From: Gnetum montanum
Taxonomy: Eukaryota > Plantae > Gnetophyta
Length of the DNA: 64,000 nucleotides
Direction of reading: 5' to 3'
Assembly (NCBI GenBank): GCA_015680685.1
Contig: MNCI01000651.1
Coordinates: 1,178,001-1,242,000 of the forward strand
Numbering within the stretch: the first letter of the stretch is position 1; each line of letters opens with the position of its first letter. The notes beneath the pieces were generated by a model, which saw only the letters and a list, made by a program, of their open reading frames with translations, made no database searches and was not told the origin of the DNA. Positions 24,601 to 37,397 of this stretch are shown here, piece after piece. The translations under genes were made by a program, and so were the position numbers.

Positions 24601-27600
24601 GAATTTTCAACTTCCCCCAGTTGATGTTTTCTAAGTTAGGATTGGGAAGCTGGTGGTGGACTTGCTCTAATGCATCAATGCTATTTATATAAGCGCAAGT
24701 CAAACCCTTAGTTAGTTCCATGCATATAAGTGAGCTGCTTTCTTGATTAGCTATCAACCACTAGGTGTCTTTTTGTCGTGTGGCTGCTGCATACAGGCAC
24801 CTTTGTATGTTGATTGTTTGTGCACACTGATTGCATGCAGGTAATGCTAAACTTTGCACAACCCATGATCTCTGCAGGCAATTGCACCCTAAGTCACTGT
24901 ATGCGATGCATGGAACCTTCTTCTTCTCGATCTTTCTAAAAGTGTTTTCCTTAGATATTTCTAAGGGAAGATCACAGATACCTAGGCGCACATCGATAGT
25001 GCTTAGCCATGCCCTTCCCATTATGATTGGGAAGTCCCCCTTACTGTTATTCATTTGGATCACCAAGAAGTTAGTTGGATACGATCACCCACAAACAGTG
25101 GTGACAATGTCCTCCACTAATCCCAAGGGGACAATGATGGACTGGTTGACTAACTCTAAATGAACATTGCTCTTTTTCAATGGGGGTAGGTTTGAGGCCT
25201 TATACATTTCTTGGGATATTAGGTTGACACCGGAACTTGAATCTAAAATAGCTTTGCATGGCTCATTTCTAGCAATTTGTAGATAGATTAGGGGACTCCT
25301 AGGATTAGATAATTTCTTGAGAAGGTGGCCAGCTTTGATCCAATCAGTAGTGGCATGTGTTAACATGATCATATGCATTGAATGTGGTGTTAAGTTTGAA
25401 GGGGGCTCTGAAGCTTTAGTTGATACGGAGGCGTCCAAAGACTTAGCCACTTGAGGTTGCAAAGGCTTAGTTGGATTGTTGGTTTTGAAGAAAGATCTTT
25501 TCTTTGTACGATTCTCAAAACCAACAGTAGGTTGAGGATTAACAACCCTTGTGGTATTGCGTTGTTGTGGCTGAGCATGGAGTTCACCTTGCATTGCTGG
25601 AGCAGGTGGTAATGGAGCTATTGTTGGGAGAGATGCGGCTGGATTGGAAGGATGGTACACTTGTGGAATGTCACCCCTAGGAGAGGAAGTCCTATAGTAC
25701 TCGTAGGCCTGGTAGTGATGTTGGGGAGTAACATGACCAACAGAATCATGTGGAGAGACTGGATGTTGCACGTAGTATCCATATGGGTTAGGTTGTTAGT
25801 AAGGATATTGTTTCTTTGGCGATGGCATTCCCCATGATTGTCGGTGCTGCGACTGTTGATGTTGCTCCATTGGTTGTGGTGGAGTTCCACTTGGATAATA
25901 TGTTAAAGGTTGGTGGAACTGCCTTGGGTTACCTTGGGGATAAGGTAATCGTCGGGATGTTTTTCTTTTGTTTAAACGTGGATTAAGTGCATACACCCCA
26001 GACTCCTGTAAATGTGAGATTACAGGGCAACATCCCTTAGGATGGTTGTATTGATAGATCTCACATCCACTATCATCATCCATATTTGAGACCACAACCT
26101 CTTCAATAATAGCAACTTTACCCTTACCCTTGTTACGTGCATTTTCTGCTTCTCTCTTTTTCCTTTTGTTATAGTCACTACCTCACTCCCTAGACTCCTC
26201 TACTACTTTGAGCATAGTTTGAAACCTACTATCCAGGGAGTCCCACATTTGGTCTACCTTTGCTGATACTTCAGATGCTAACTTTTGAATAGGCAAGGTT
26301 TTCCTATTCACCATCTCTTCGAGTGGTGACTCTTCCTCATCCTCACAAAATCTTACTCCCTTCTTTTGGAGAGAAGGATCTCAGCTGTATTCTTTTGCGC
26401 TCTCTCTTTTTCGTAGCTCCCCTTCTTCTTTAGCTACTTGCTCCAGAAGTCTGTGAATTTGATGGGACCTAAGCTTAGATAACCTTCCTTGGGCATAAGT
26501 CCTAAGGGTCCTTCTTGTTTCATGCCTAAGCCCATCTATGAGATGATGTAGTTGATCCCGCTACGAATAACCATGGCCAGGACAACAATGTAAGAGTGCA
26601 TAATAGTGGCCCATGGTAGCATCCAAGGGTTCATGATTTCCTTGTTTCCATCCTTGGATTTTCTTTCACAGGTTAGATACCTACGAGTACATTCGGTACT
26701 TATCGTTATAACATCGTACTCCACCTACGAATGGATTTTGGTTCTAAGGACCGATACTAGCTTTCAGTTTCTTTTATTAGTTTTCGTGGAAATAACTTAA
26801 GCTTTTGCCACTCATTTTCTATGTTTTGCAAGGCACACGCATCATGAAATTCTTGTAAGTGATTTTGAGGATCAACATTATATCCCCCTTCAAATTGTGG
26901 GATGTTATTCATGTCTAGCCTCTTGATCCTACTATCTTTTTGGTGCCTTGTTGGAACTCTCAATGCCTCAATTATATCTAGCATGCTTTGTGTGGCAAGT
27001 AGGGGTTCATCATGATCATCTCATTCATAGCATCTATGGTGTCTATGCGGTTCCCTACTCTCCCTTCTTCTATGGCATGATTTCTTAGAGTGCCCTCATC
27101 CTTTATTTTGGTTGTCTCATCTGTGACTTCCACTTTGTTTGCCCTTATCCTCATGATCTGTTTCTCTATGGCTATGTCCGGACATACAAGGAGAGGATGA
27201 AGGAGACAATGGGGGTGAAGAAGAAGGATAATTGCCATCATGATGTTGTCTACTACCTTTTCTTTGGTGGTCTCTCTCTCGATCGTGATTGCGATCAGAA
27301 TGTCCACCTTTGCCATGTGCCCTTGTTCCTTTTTTAGACTTTTTGTGTCTGTTGGTATCAGCACCTGGGTTGTGAATAGTAGAATGAAGGTTTTGATACA
27401 CAACCCCTTGGCCAAAGTCAAGGGGAGGAACATCATTATGTGGGTGACTACCTAAGGAAGGTTCATCATCCTCAATTTTACTTAAAAACCAGGGGGCATC
27501 CTTAGACCATTTTCCCTTTAAGGACTTATGGTGTCTCTCCTGTTGCATGTCACTTTGACATTGTGCTTCGGTGGGATGATAGTCTCTCAAATCATAGTCC

Positions 27601-27892
27601 TATGCAGTGTACTCTACATGTAAGTGTTGCATGCCTATTCATGTGAGAGCATGAAGAAGCATTCTTGGGACTGAATGGTCAGAAGGTAACACTATGTTAC
27701 CTTCAAAGTCACACCAATGCAGTTGTTTGTCTTGGTGGAGAATAAAGGTGAAGTTTGGTACATATTCATCAGGGTGAATATATACCACACGAAACTATTG
27801 AGGAACTGGCGGATTAATGTCATGTGTAATTTACTGCCGATTGCTTCTTGTGTTAGTCCTAGTGAAGTGCTTTTGTGTGAAGAAGAAGACAT
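21653..27892 (-). pseudogene. gag-pol of element C (many stops and frameshifts)
   Basis: Gag DPQNHLQEFHDAC...KLKLFP; PR AILDSSSGVNLI; RT KDHFPLPFVDQ, FLDGYSGYNQI, VFMDD; RH ASNYALGAVL, NYTTIEKEL; IN WGIDFMGP, ISDNGTHF, EVTNREI. Confidence 0.93.
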
Positions 27893-28005
27893 TTTGTCTT
27901 GTTCAGTGTGCAATGCGCTATTATATTTTTCTTAACCAACCCTAAGGGTTCATTCCAGAGATGTGAATGATTTCCTAAGTTCTACTTAGCACACAAACAA
28001 CTAAG

Positions 28006-28023
28006 TCCCCAGCAATGGTGCCA
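28006..28023 (-). other. PBS (tRNA-Asp type, Athila-like) of element C
   Basis: Minus strand TGGCACCATTGCTGGGGA versus the Athila-type TGGCGCCGTTGCCGGGGA; differences are at CpGs. Confidence 0.85.
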
Positions 28024-28024
28024 A

Positions 28025-28860
28025 TGATGAGCGACAAAGTACCCCTATGCTCAACCATATGAATACGAGCGTTTCACACATGATCCAATCAAATTCTAAG
28101 GACTAAGTGCCTATGCACCTGTGTGGAACAATAACGGGGTGATTAATCGTTGTCTTCCCAAACTTACTTGTATGTCATGGTAGTATGGTTAAGCAAGCTT
28201 GAGGCATATGATTTTTATGGCTCTTATGTGTTTTATATCTTGTGCTAATAAGGAGGGGAGAGAGAAATAACTAAGTAACTAATCTAATTTAACTATTCAT
28301 TAACCAAGTTCTAAGTACTCCTAACATCAGTATTCGTTCCCACTTTCCATACACATCCTGAACCAGTGCAACGTTGCTAGGGTTACCAAATGCTAATCGT
28401 TACTGGGTTACCAAGTGCTACACGCATGCTCGAAGTGGTCGTACTAAGTGTATTTAACTAAGAGAGTTGTAGGGTAAGAGAAATAATTAATTAACTATGA
28501 AAGAATTAAATAATAATTAACACTAATTAATCTATTCTGTATGTTGCAATGTTTATCATAAAGTTCATCTTTATTACCGTACACAAAGTGTGCTCAGGTA
28601 CACAATGCTCGAATAAAGGTCTATTCACTCTATGACTCCTACTGTGGGCACACAGAAATAATTCTAACTCTGGAGGGAGAGAATGATAAGAGTTTGGCTA
28701 AGGGACTAACTTCTAACTGTGGAAACCAAGGGCACTGCCTCTTATTTATAGACAAGGAGACAAGCCGCGATATCAGGTATTTGACATTGCATGGTAGATC
28801 CAATCTTGTAGATGCGATATAGTGGACATGATAGTGCGTACGTGATATCACGGTTCATCA
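28025..28860 (-). repeat. 5' LTR of element C
   Basis: TG...CA termini; U3 GATATC cluster at about 28765-28855; TATA (ctataaat on minus) near 28750. Confidence 0.93.
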
Positions 28861-29149
28861 ATGTCAAACCCTTATCTTGCCCTCTTGATCCTTCCTCCTT
28901 TCTTTAAGGTAGGTAGGCAATTGTGAATTACTTTTTAGTTTCATTTGTGATGAGAATTATGTTATTTCCATGATATGGACCTCTTATTGATGGAAATAAA
29001 GGGATGAATGATGTATTCTTATTGATTTACATAATTATTCCTTTAATAATTTGATAGCTTAGAACATAATTTCAACAATGAAGTTGATTCCTATACAAAA
29101 TTGGTAACTTCATTAAATTTTAAATTGACTAAAAGAAATTGTAGTATTA

Positions 29150-30859
29150 TAAAAGAAAATAAAAAATCTTATGTATTATGTATTCTAGTTATGAGAATTT
29201 GGAAGGTGCTAGTACCAAGAGTGTTATGTGTTCTAGTTGTTCATCCAACCACCATACCTCAGCTTGCCTTCTTCACAACTCAGATAAAATTTTTTGTCAG
29301 CATTCACAATTTCTAACTCATCCCATATCTTGATTAGCTTAATCTCTACCATGCTGTCAATGTTTCTTAATAGCAACTTAGCACTTAGGTTGATTCTCTA
29401 TTCTTCTTCTACCTAGTGGCTAGTCCTAGGTTGATCAGTGGATACCTAGAGGACTTCTACTCTATGCTGGACTTTGTGCCTCAATCACTTTGAAGAGAAA
29501 GCACTTCATGAAGGAACATGAATTTGAGACTAAAAAAGGGCATCAAAATGGATCATGGGTGGATCATCTACTAAGCAAGGATAAAAATGGAAGAGATTAT
29601 CTCTTATAGCCTCATCACCCATAATGGTAAACCCTCAACATAAATTGTGGTAGCATGTCACTCATCTTCAATATATATAATAGGTTGAAAACCATCATCA
29701 AGAAGAGATTCTTGGATTTGCTGGATGCTAAAACCAGGAGGTCAAGAAACATATCATCTTCTAAATTAGGTACTACCCTAATGATCTCTAGATGTTTTCT
29801 AGGGGCCACTACCATTATATTTTCCTAGTTCACCATTCCTGTTGTTATGGAATGCCTTCCCACATGATTAACTATGACTACCAATTCACAAAGCTTTCAA
29901 ATTAACCCTAGTATAGCATAGACCTTCCTATTATCTCTAGTCATATTCTCAATCTTTCTGAATCAAGGCCTTGTAAAGAAAGAATGAGATGTTAAGGACA
30001 TCTCTCTCATCATTGCCACAACTTTTGCCCTCTCAGCAAAGATACCTGATGGTTGTTTTGTGGGAAAAAAGTTATGTGTGATAATAGTGTACACTACATT
30101 ATGACCTACAGGAAGTTTGAACATCTTCACCTCTACTTTATTCATGTTGAAGACCTTAAATAGGATCTTTGATTTAAGCTTAGGCTTAGTCTTGTGGTTT
30201 TATGAACACCAATTATTCACTAGTTCATTTGGGAATCTTGTGGTCCTAAAGATTACCCATGTAGAAATAGACATAGGAACTCCATCAAAGAAAGTCATAA
30301 CATCATCTACTACAAGGTTTTGGTAGAATATCCATAACTCATGCTAGTACCAACTGAAGGACTAGGTGATACACTCATAGAAGCCTATATATTATAGTGA
30401 CTCATTGAGCTCAAGAGGATTGAGCTTAAGGAATTGATGATAATTCTTCTCTTCAAGGATTTGTCATTGCTGGACATCATGTGGATCCATGCCTTCTTGA
30501 ATATCATATGCTTCTTCATCATCCTCTTTTGCTAGCTCTTTTGGCACTTGACCAATTACCTGTTACCACATATGCATTCAATTGAAGGATTGAGAATGTA
30601 ACTACTTGCCTCCCAATATACTTCTGGATGAAGCTATTTTTAGAGAAATAGTTGTAGATTTTGAATTAGGAGATCTAAGTTTTCCTTCTTCTTCCTAATA
30701 AAGAATTGGTGGTTTGTGCAAGGATCTATATACAGAGGTCTAATATTTTTTAACCTAAGCCCTTCTTGGTTTGTGAAGCTTGAATTGCAATCACCCTAAC
30801 ATTATGAGCTATGAAAATTGTTAAAAATTAAGTGAGTTCCCTAGGCATCATCCTACCAT
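29150..30859 (-). pseudogene. Decayed accessory ORF of relic Y (Athila-type extra ORF)
   Basis: VYTIITHNFFPTKQPSGIFAERAKVV resembles the YxIxxxxxxPxxxxxxI core seen in the other two accessory ORFs. It lies downstream of a TATA + palindrome cluster (31236-31325) and the conserved stem-loop (31788-31840). Confidence 0.55.
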
Positions 30860-32928
30860 TGCAAAAATTGCACATGAAAAAAATGATAAATACAACTTTT
30901 AAAAATACTTAAGAAACATTATCATAACTGTTGAATCATGGAATATATGGATAAGTATAAATAATGTTGAAATATTTAAATAACTACTAGATGCATTAAA
31001 GATATACATGAATTGGTGTCTCTTCCCCATGACTAAGTTACAAGATACTAGGCTTGAACCACAGCTAGAACACCAAGAACACGAAAAAACAAAAAGAGTG
31101 CTTGTAAAAATATCATTAATCCAATCATTGAGGTAAAAAGTTGGCAAAGTTTCTCTTCTTTATGGTCAAATTGGAAGCAAAGGAAAGAAATAATGAAAAA
31201 GGTAAACTACAAAAATATGTTTGGAAGATCCTCCCATTTATAGTAGTGCATTGATGCAGGGAGGGTATGCTAGCATAGGGATATTGATGCCCCTACATTA
31301 ATGCATGGGGTGCATTAGCACATCCTCCCAAACTTGAAAAAAATGCAAAATGTCTCAAAAAAATACTCAAACTTATCTTCCTTCACTTCTAGAGCCTTGT
31401 GCAAGTTTAATAACACATCCAAATTACCATGAATTGACCTAGTAAAGCATCTAAGAACTAAGACAACAAAAGCATTATAAACTTACTTTTAGTGACATCC
31501 ACAATCATGGAAATTGAGATGATTGATTAATGTATGCATTCCCATGAACCAAAAGCTAGAAAAGAGGGGGTTAGAAAAATAGGAAAATTATTAAAGCATC
31601 AAAAATAATGGAATACAATCATAATTAAGGTGAATTGAAGAGAGTTTGTCATAGTTAAATCTTAAAGCACAATAGAGTCAACACTTGCACAAGTGAAAAA
31701 CCAATCAAGTGCCTTATGTAGTGCAACCACCATCATCACTAAGAGCTAAGATTTAATTACTAGCTTAAAATGTCAATCCACCAAGGATTCACAAGTGAAT
31801 CCTTCCCATAGCAAATACTTACCTTTCTTGATCTTGTGAAACTTTTTGATGAGACATCCATGGATTTCTAATAACTAGTGAGACATGAGCATCCGATACA
31901 AGTTTGTCCCCTTGAATGACCAGATCTCATCCTCTACTTCACCTAATCAACTTCTTATCATACATAACAATGGATAAGAAATGGAATGAAAAAAAATGAA
32001 GAATGAATAATGAATAATATAGAGAAAAGGATGAAAGTGCAACATTAAAAAATCGCTAGCCAACCATTCAATTAGCTCATGGAGCACGTGGGCATGTCCT
32101 ACATCTCATGAAAGATATATTACAACATCCTTTTATTACTACTCATCCATATAATGGGTATATACCTCAAAGTCTTCTTTCCAAGCACAAGGTCACACCT
32201 ACCACTTCCAATGTCATATAACCTTGATTATTCTATAGTCCAACCATTGGTTAGATTTGAAAGTTAAGATTCCAATTTAGTTTTCATCCATTTGTACATG
32301 TATACACAATAGGCTACATGAAGATTGCTTTACCAAAAACCTTTCATTGATCCCTTTGGTTGCACTAACCAATCTCATATCTTGATAGAAATCACAATGC
32401 CATGATCAAACAAAGGAAAATTCCATGTTCAAATAGAGTCACGGCTTCGAACAAGGATTATGAGGTTGATTCTTCAAAAAAATGATTTGGAATTTTAGGT
32501 GAAAGAAACATTTGATATCACACAAGTTTACTCAAAGAGAGACTTGTGGATATTTATGGTCATGGGTAAGGATAAGCAAGAGATTTTCTTGGATTATGAT
32601 AGTTTGGAAAATCAAGTAATCTATGCAATGGGTTAATTATGAGGAAAATTTCAATAGGCATTGATTCAAGCACTGATTTGATTTTGATATGAGAAATTAT
32701 AAAATTGGTTTGAGATGGTAAAAATGATAATTTACTTGGACTAATAAGCTTGAAGTTACATTACTCTTTTCATCATGTTTTTTTTTCATTATTATTTTAC
32801 TAATACTTTTTCTATTATTTTTTCTTTTTAATCATAATTTCTTTTTTCATCATTTTTTGCATTTTTCTTTTCATTTTCATCATTTTTTGAAAGAGGATTT
32901 TTTATGGAGCATGAGAATCATGGGAATG

Positions 32929-33715
32929 TGATGAGTGATACAAGTCATAAGTGTTCATGCATGACTAGATCATAATTCATAGATGGACAATGTAAGTATA
33001 ATAACGAGTTGAAGTTAAGTTCATGATCATTATCTTCCCACTTAGAGTTAGTGAGGTGCAAATCATATGGTTTAACTTTTAGTGAGGTACATCATGAACT
33101 AATGTTGTTTGGCTTTAAGTGTCCTAAGTATAATGGAATTGTAAATCTATTTTATCCTATGATGATAAGCATATCTTCCTGGTTTTCTGTACACATTCTA
33201 GGTTGGTATAATTGTTATTGGGATTACCAAGCAACTTTATGACTGAGAAAATTAAGTAAAGTTACTACTAGGTTACCAAATGATTACAGTGCATGTGAAA
33301 CTAGTCATACTTATTTCATCTTACTAATAGACATTGAAATAGTAAATGACTCAGTAAAAGTAAATGATTGGATAAAAGTAAACATTATGGAAAAATAAAA
33401 GTATGCTAAGTGATATGCTACAATGATGAAGAATACTCTTGATCTTTAGTTCCATTCATGAATTTTTTCCAGTAGCAATCCACTCGAATAAAAATTCCAT
33501 ACAACTATAATTCACTATACTACAGCCATTCACTCTAACTCTAACTTTACGAAAACAAATTTCAAGAATTTCGCTAAGTATTGGAAAAAAATTCTTATTT
33601 GAATATGATGATGGATTGGAATTTATAGATACTACATCATATCTATGATGATCTATGCATAGCTAAGATATCATAACTACAATATTAGAGTTTTTATGTA
33701 TAAGATATTTCATTA
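32929..33715 (-). repeat. 3' LTR of element D
   Basis: TGATGAGTGAT...TTCATTA; similar to the reverse complement of 62556-63457; followed by the degenerate PPT block tacttccataattgactaaaaacttatcctcaagttc. Confidence 0.7.
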
Positions 33716-33959
33716 TACTTCCATAATTGACTAAAAACTTATCCTCAAGTTCTAATGAAAAGAGGATAGAGTTCCTTACAAACTTGTGGGGTTACATATA
33801 CTTTGACAATATGACACTTATATACAAATTGATTCTCCTATGAATGTTGCATGGTGGTTTAAGTGGTGTTACAAAATTATCATGTAATACATGATTGACA
33901 CATATGACAAGAACAAGAAAAAACCAACCAAAATTAAGTGTGATATAATTTTCTTCATG

Positions 33960-36743
33960 TTCTAGGTAATGGTGGATCCTACATTGGCTTGTTCCCCTTG
34001 TCATTAAGCTTCTAGAATTGATATATGTTTAGTAGCACTTTGAGTTTTTCTTCTTTTGACCTAAGATCATGTACCATCCAAGTGCATTTAGCAATTTTGG
34101 ATGGTATTGGTACTTCCCATGGACATGGCAGTTGTGGGAATATTTTGTTAGCCTTGACATACCATGTTGCAAATTACATCCTTTCCTCTTCAAAAGCTCT
34201 AGCCACTTTCTTCAATTCTTGATAGTCTATCATTTTTCTAGCTACATTTGCTACTACATCTTTCTGATCTTGATAGCTAGCCTTGACTACTTGTAGTTTA
34301 GAGTTTGCTATGTAAAGTTTTTGTTGGACATGTTTTCTATCAACAAACTCATTTTCATATATTGAATATATAGTAGCCACTTGTTGCTCTAGTTTTGTTC
34401 TTGGTTTGCTAGCTGTCAACATGGCCAAGTTAGCATACTTGAGATTTGCTAACACCATGTATTCTATTAAGTTCTCAATTTGCAAGTCTTTATTCTTTGC
34501 TTCAGCTTGATGAACATGGGTAAGGCTATGCAAGATGGGTTGTTAATTAAGTGTCTATATTGTGATAGAGCTAATTCTAGCTTTGACCACCTAGATCTTC
34601 TTCTCATTGATTTTCTTGTACATGCCCACTTAATCTCTAAAGTGCTTTTTTAGCCTTTCATGTTTCTTGGCCTGATTTTTCCATACGTTGATCTCAATTT
34701 GTAATTTCTATCGCATATCATGGACTTCTTCCATTGATAAGGTTTTATTTTATTGGGCTAATTGTCTTATGTTAAGGTTGAATTTGATGAATTACTCTCT
34801 TAGTTGATGAATACTTTCTTTTAACACATTATTTTTCTTCTCAATGTCTGTCAACCTCATGTTTTTAGCAATAATTTTCTTATTTTCTTCTTCTAATGTA
34901 GTTATAGCCTTGGCATGGGCATATGTCTGTGCATTTGCTATATCATCATTCCACATTACCTTTTTCTTCTCCATCTCCACTTGTATGTATTTGGTTATTA
35001 GTTGGCCAATCTACTTATTTTTGAACCTATTCTAGTTGGTTAGATGCAATGTATCATGCAGGGTCTTATCTTTCAGCTCTTAGTATAGTCAATTCCTCTT
35101 GTAACTTTTGCACTTGACTTTCTGCATGTTGCATTTGAGTTTCTGTCATGAACAGTTTATCTTTTGTTGAAATTAATTTGGATTAGAGTGTAGTGATATC
35201 ATTGGGGATATAAAAAAAGTTTTACATGACTTTTTCTATATATAGTAGTCTCTCCAACATGTCTTCATGCTCTGTGGGGCCATTGATGTTCTAGCTATGG
35301 TTTCTACATTTTTGGTTCCAGTAATATCAAACAGTGGCATAATGGAAGCATTGAAATATTTTTTGATGTGATTTGTTATAATCTCTATTGCTCTTATTGC
35401 ATCCTAATTTTGCATTATCACCACTATGGATCCTTCTCTTGTTTCTAGCATTAGTTGGTAGGAGACAACATTCCTTGAAATCTGTTGTGTCCAAACATCA
35501 TCTTCTCTTTCTTGTAAAGAGACTTGATCGCTAGTGGGTCCTATTGATACAACAAGTCTATTGAGATTATCTTTGAATTTGTACATGCTTGATACTTTCC
35601 TACTTCTCCAATTGCTTGTTTTCACAATCTGCTATAAGTGGCTCATTAAGGATTCATAGTTGGTTATGCTAGTTGAGCACTTTACCTTGGTTTGTCTATT
35701 GCTGGAGTCAACCCACTAGGTCTTAATTGTTTTGTTATTGAGGCTAGAATGTTTTCCATTGATGTAGATTTTGCTATAGCCTTAGGGCTTGTTAGATTTT
35801 AACTTGATCCCTCTTTGGTAATAATGGCTTAGAAATTTTAGCATATGAAGCATTTTGGGATTTTTGATGAATATCATTGGTGTAGCCCAAGATTTCATCC
35901 TACTAACATAATCTTCTAATAAGACAAGGAAATGGTATTGTAGGTTTCCCTATCTTCTTCTTCTCAAATCTTCTTTGTATTTTTAGGAACAACATATGGA
36001 TGATGTTGGCTTGGAATTTCCCCATCAAGATAGTGCTTCCTATGATAGCATAGGTGGAAATTCTATTAAACCTTTTTGTTGGGAATATATGGTATGTTCT
36101 AATCTTGAAATAGATCTTTTTAGGAGTGGAAAATCCGCTATATACCTTTTCAATAGTTGCATAGGTCCTCTGGAGTGGTAAATTCCTTACATTGGTGTTA
36201 GACCTTATATATATTTGAGCTATATCAACTTGAATAATTGGTATGTTTACTATCTTTGCTATTACTTCTACTAAATATAACATTGTGACTTCCTCAACTT
36301 TCATGGTGGCATCATCTTGTTTATTTGTAAAAAATTAATAAAATTTTCCCAAGTACTATTCACCATTTTTTAAAAAGATGAACCATAAAAAAGAGGCTTA
36401 TAGCTACTCATGGACTTTAGCAAGTGAAAATTCCATAAAGGATAAAAAATTCAACTCCATTATGATAGTGGACATGATGGACTTCTCTTGGATTTCTTAT
36501 AAATGTTCATGAGAGAGTTTGAGATGTTGTCCTTGTTTTGGAGCAAATGCAGTAGGCGGTGCATTAGATTTAGCTTATGTAGATTGTCCTATTGTAGGTG
36601 TGGGCTAATATGTGTTGTAGAAATGTACCTCTATCTTTGAAGGAGGAGTTTGTTCTTTACTGCATCCTCTATCTTTCCCTCTAGGTCTCTTCTTAGGTTA
36701 TGATGGTCCTCCTACTTTGAGTCCCTTTCATAGCATTTGCCGT
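33960..36743 (-). pseudogene. Decayed accessory ORF of element D
   Basis: KKRPRG N-terminus; KIYFKIRTYHIFPTKR...IPFPCLIRRLC; coiled-coil; LQIENLIEYMVLANLKYANLAML; CPWEVP. Colinear with 50953-53760. Confidence 0.8.
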
Positions 36744-37303
36744 TATAGAAAATTGTTAATATTACATAAATGTTTCAAAAAAATCCTCTAATGGATCATA
36801 TCCTTTCATCACATTTTGGGTTTTGAAAATCATTATTTATTATCAAATTTATTTTCGAATTGGATTGTAGAGTTCGAAAAGTTTATTATTTAGATAAAAT
36901 CTTTTCTAAGAAAAATCCTTTATTAAATGATTTCTATCAATTAGAAACAAATTTATCTTAAGTAACCTATCATAATCTTCAATTGATTATTTAAGACATA
37001 TTTGAATGATTAATTGTAATGAAATATTAAGTTTATTAGGTTTATGTAAGATGAGAATGTGATTATCTTCTTTTGTTTTTCTTAGCCTTACTTTATTCTT
37101 CTTGGTACAATTTGTAAGAATCTACATGAAATGCTCTTCCCCATGATTTATTTGGTCACTTTGTGAGCAAAATAAAATAAGAATGACTCAAATCACACTT
37201 TTGGTAAGAAAGATATGAAGCTTTGTAGGCTTAAAAGTTAGAAAAATTGCATGTACTTCCTAGGTGTGAAATGATGAAATGAAAATTTTCCTAATGGTCT
37301 ATG

Positions 37304-37397
37304 CATATATATAGATTTTTATAATGGATATAGTATAGATACAATATCGTGGATGTGATATCATAATGGCTAATATATCATATCTATGATATCATTG
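37304..37397 (-). promoter_or_regulatory. Internal promoter of element D: GATATC cluster + TATA
   Basis: ctatatatatg on minus at 37304-37314, preceded by several (G/A)ATATC copies like those in the clan's LTR U3. Confidence 0.55.

Larger units (their letters stand above)
18965..28860 (-). mobile_element. Near-complete Athila-like Ty3/gypsy LTR retrotransposon (element C), lacking the large accessory ORF
   Basis: Paired LTRs TGATGA...TCATCA, perfect TSD ATGTC (18960-18964 and 28861-28865), tRNA-Asp PBS, PPT, gag-PR-RT-RH-IN order, no chromodomain. Confidence 0.95.
16595..29100 (-). mobile_element. Old Athila-like relic X (post-pol spacer, internal promoter, start of accessory ORF), split by element C
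   Basis: 17750-18964 plus 28866-29100 is colinear with 37300-38750. The pre-insertion site aaatccctttaatgtc|aaaccctt matches 38522 aaatccccttgatgtcacatcc. Confidence 0.65.

Noticed and set aside
31815-31824. ATACTTACCT, identical to the U1 snRNA 5' end
   Set aside because: No further U1 sequence follows, and the motif is not conserved in the other stem-loop copies.
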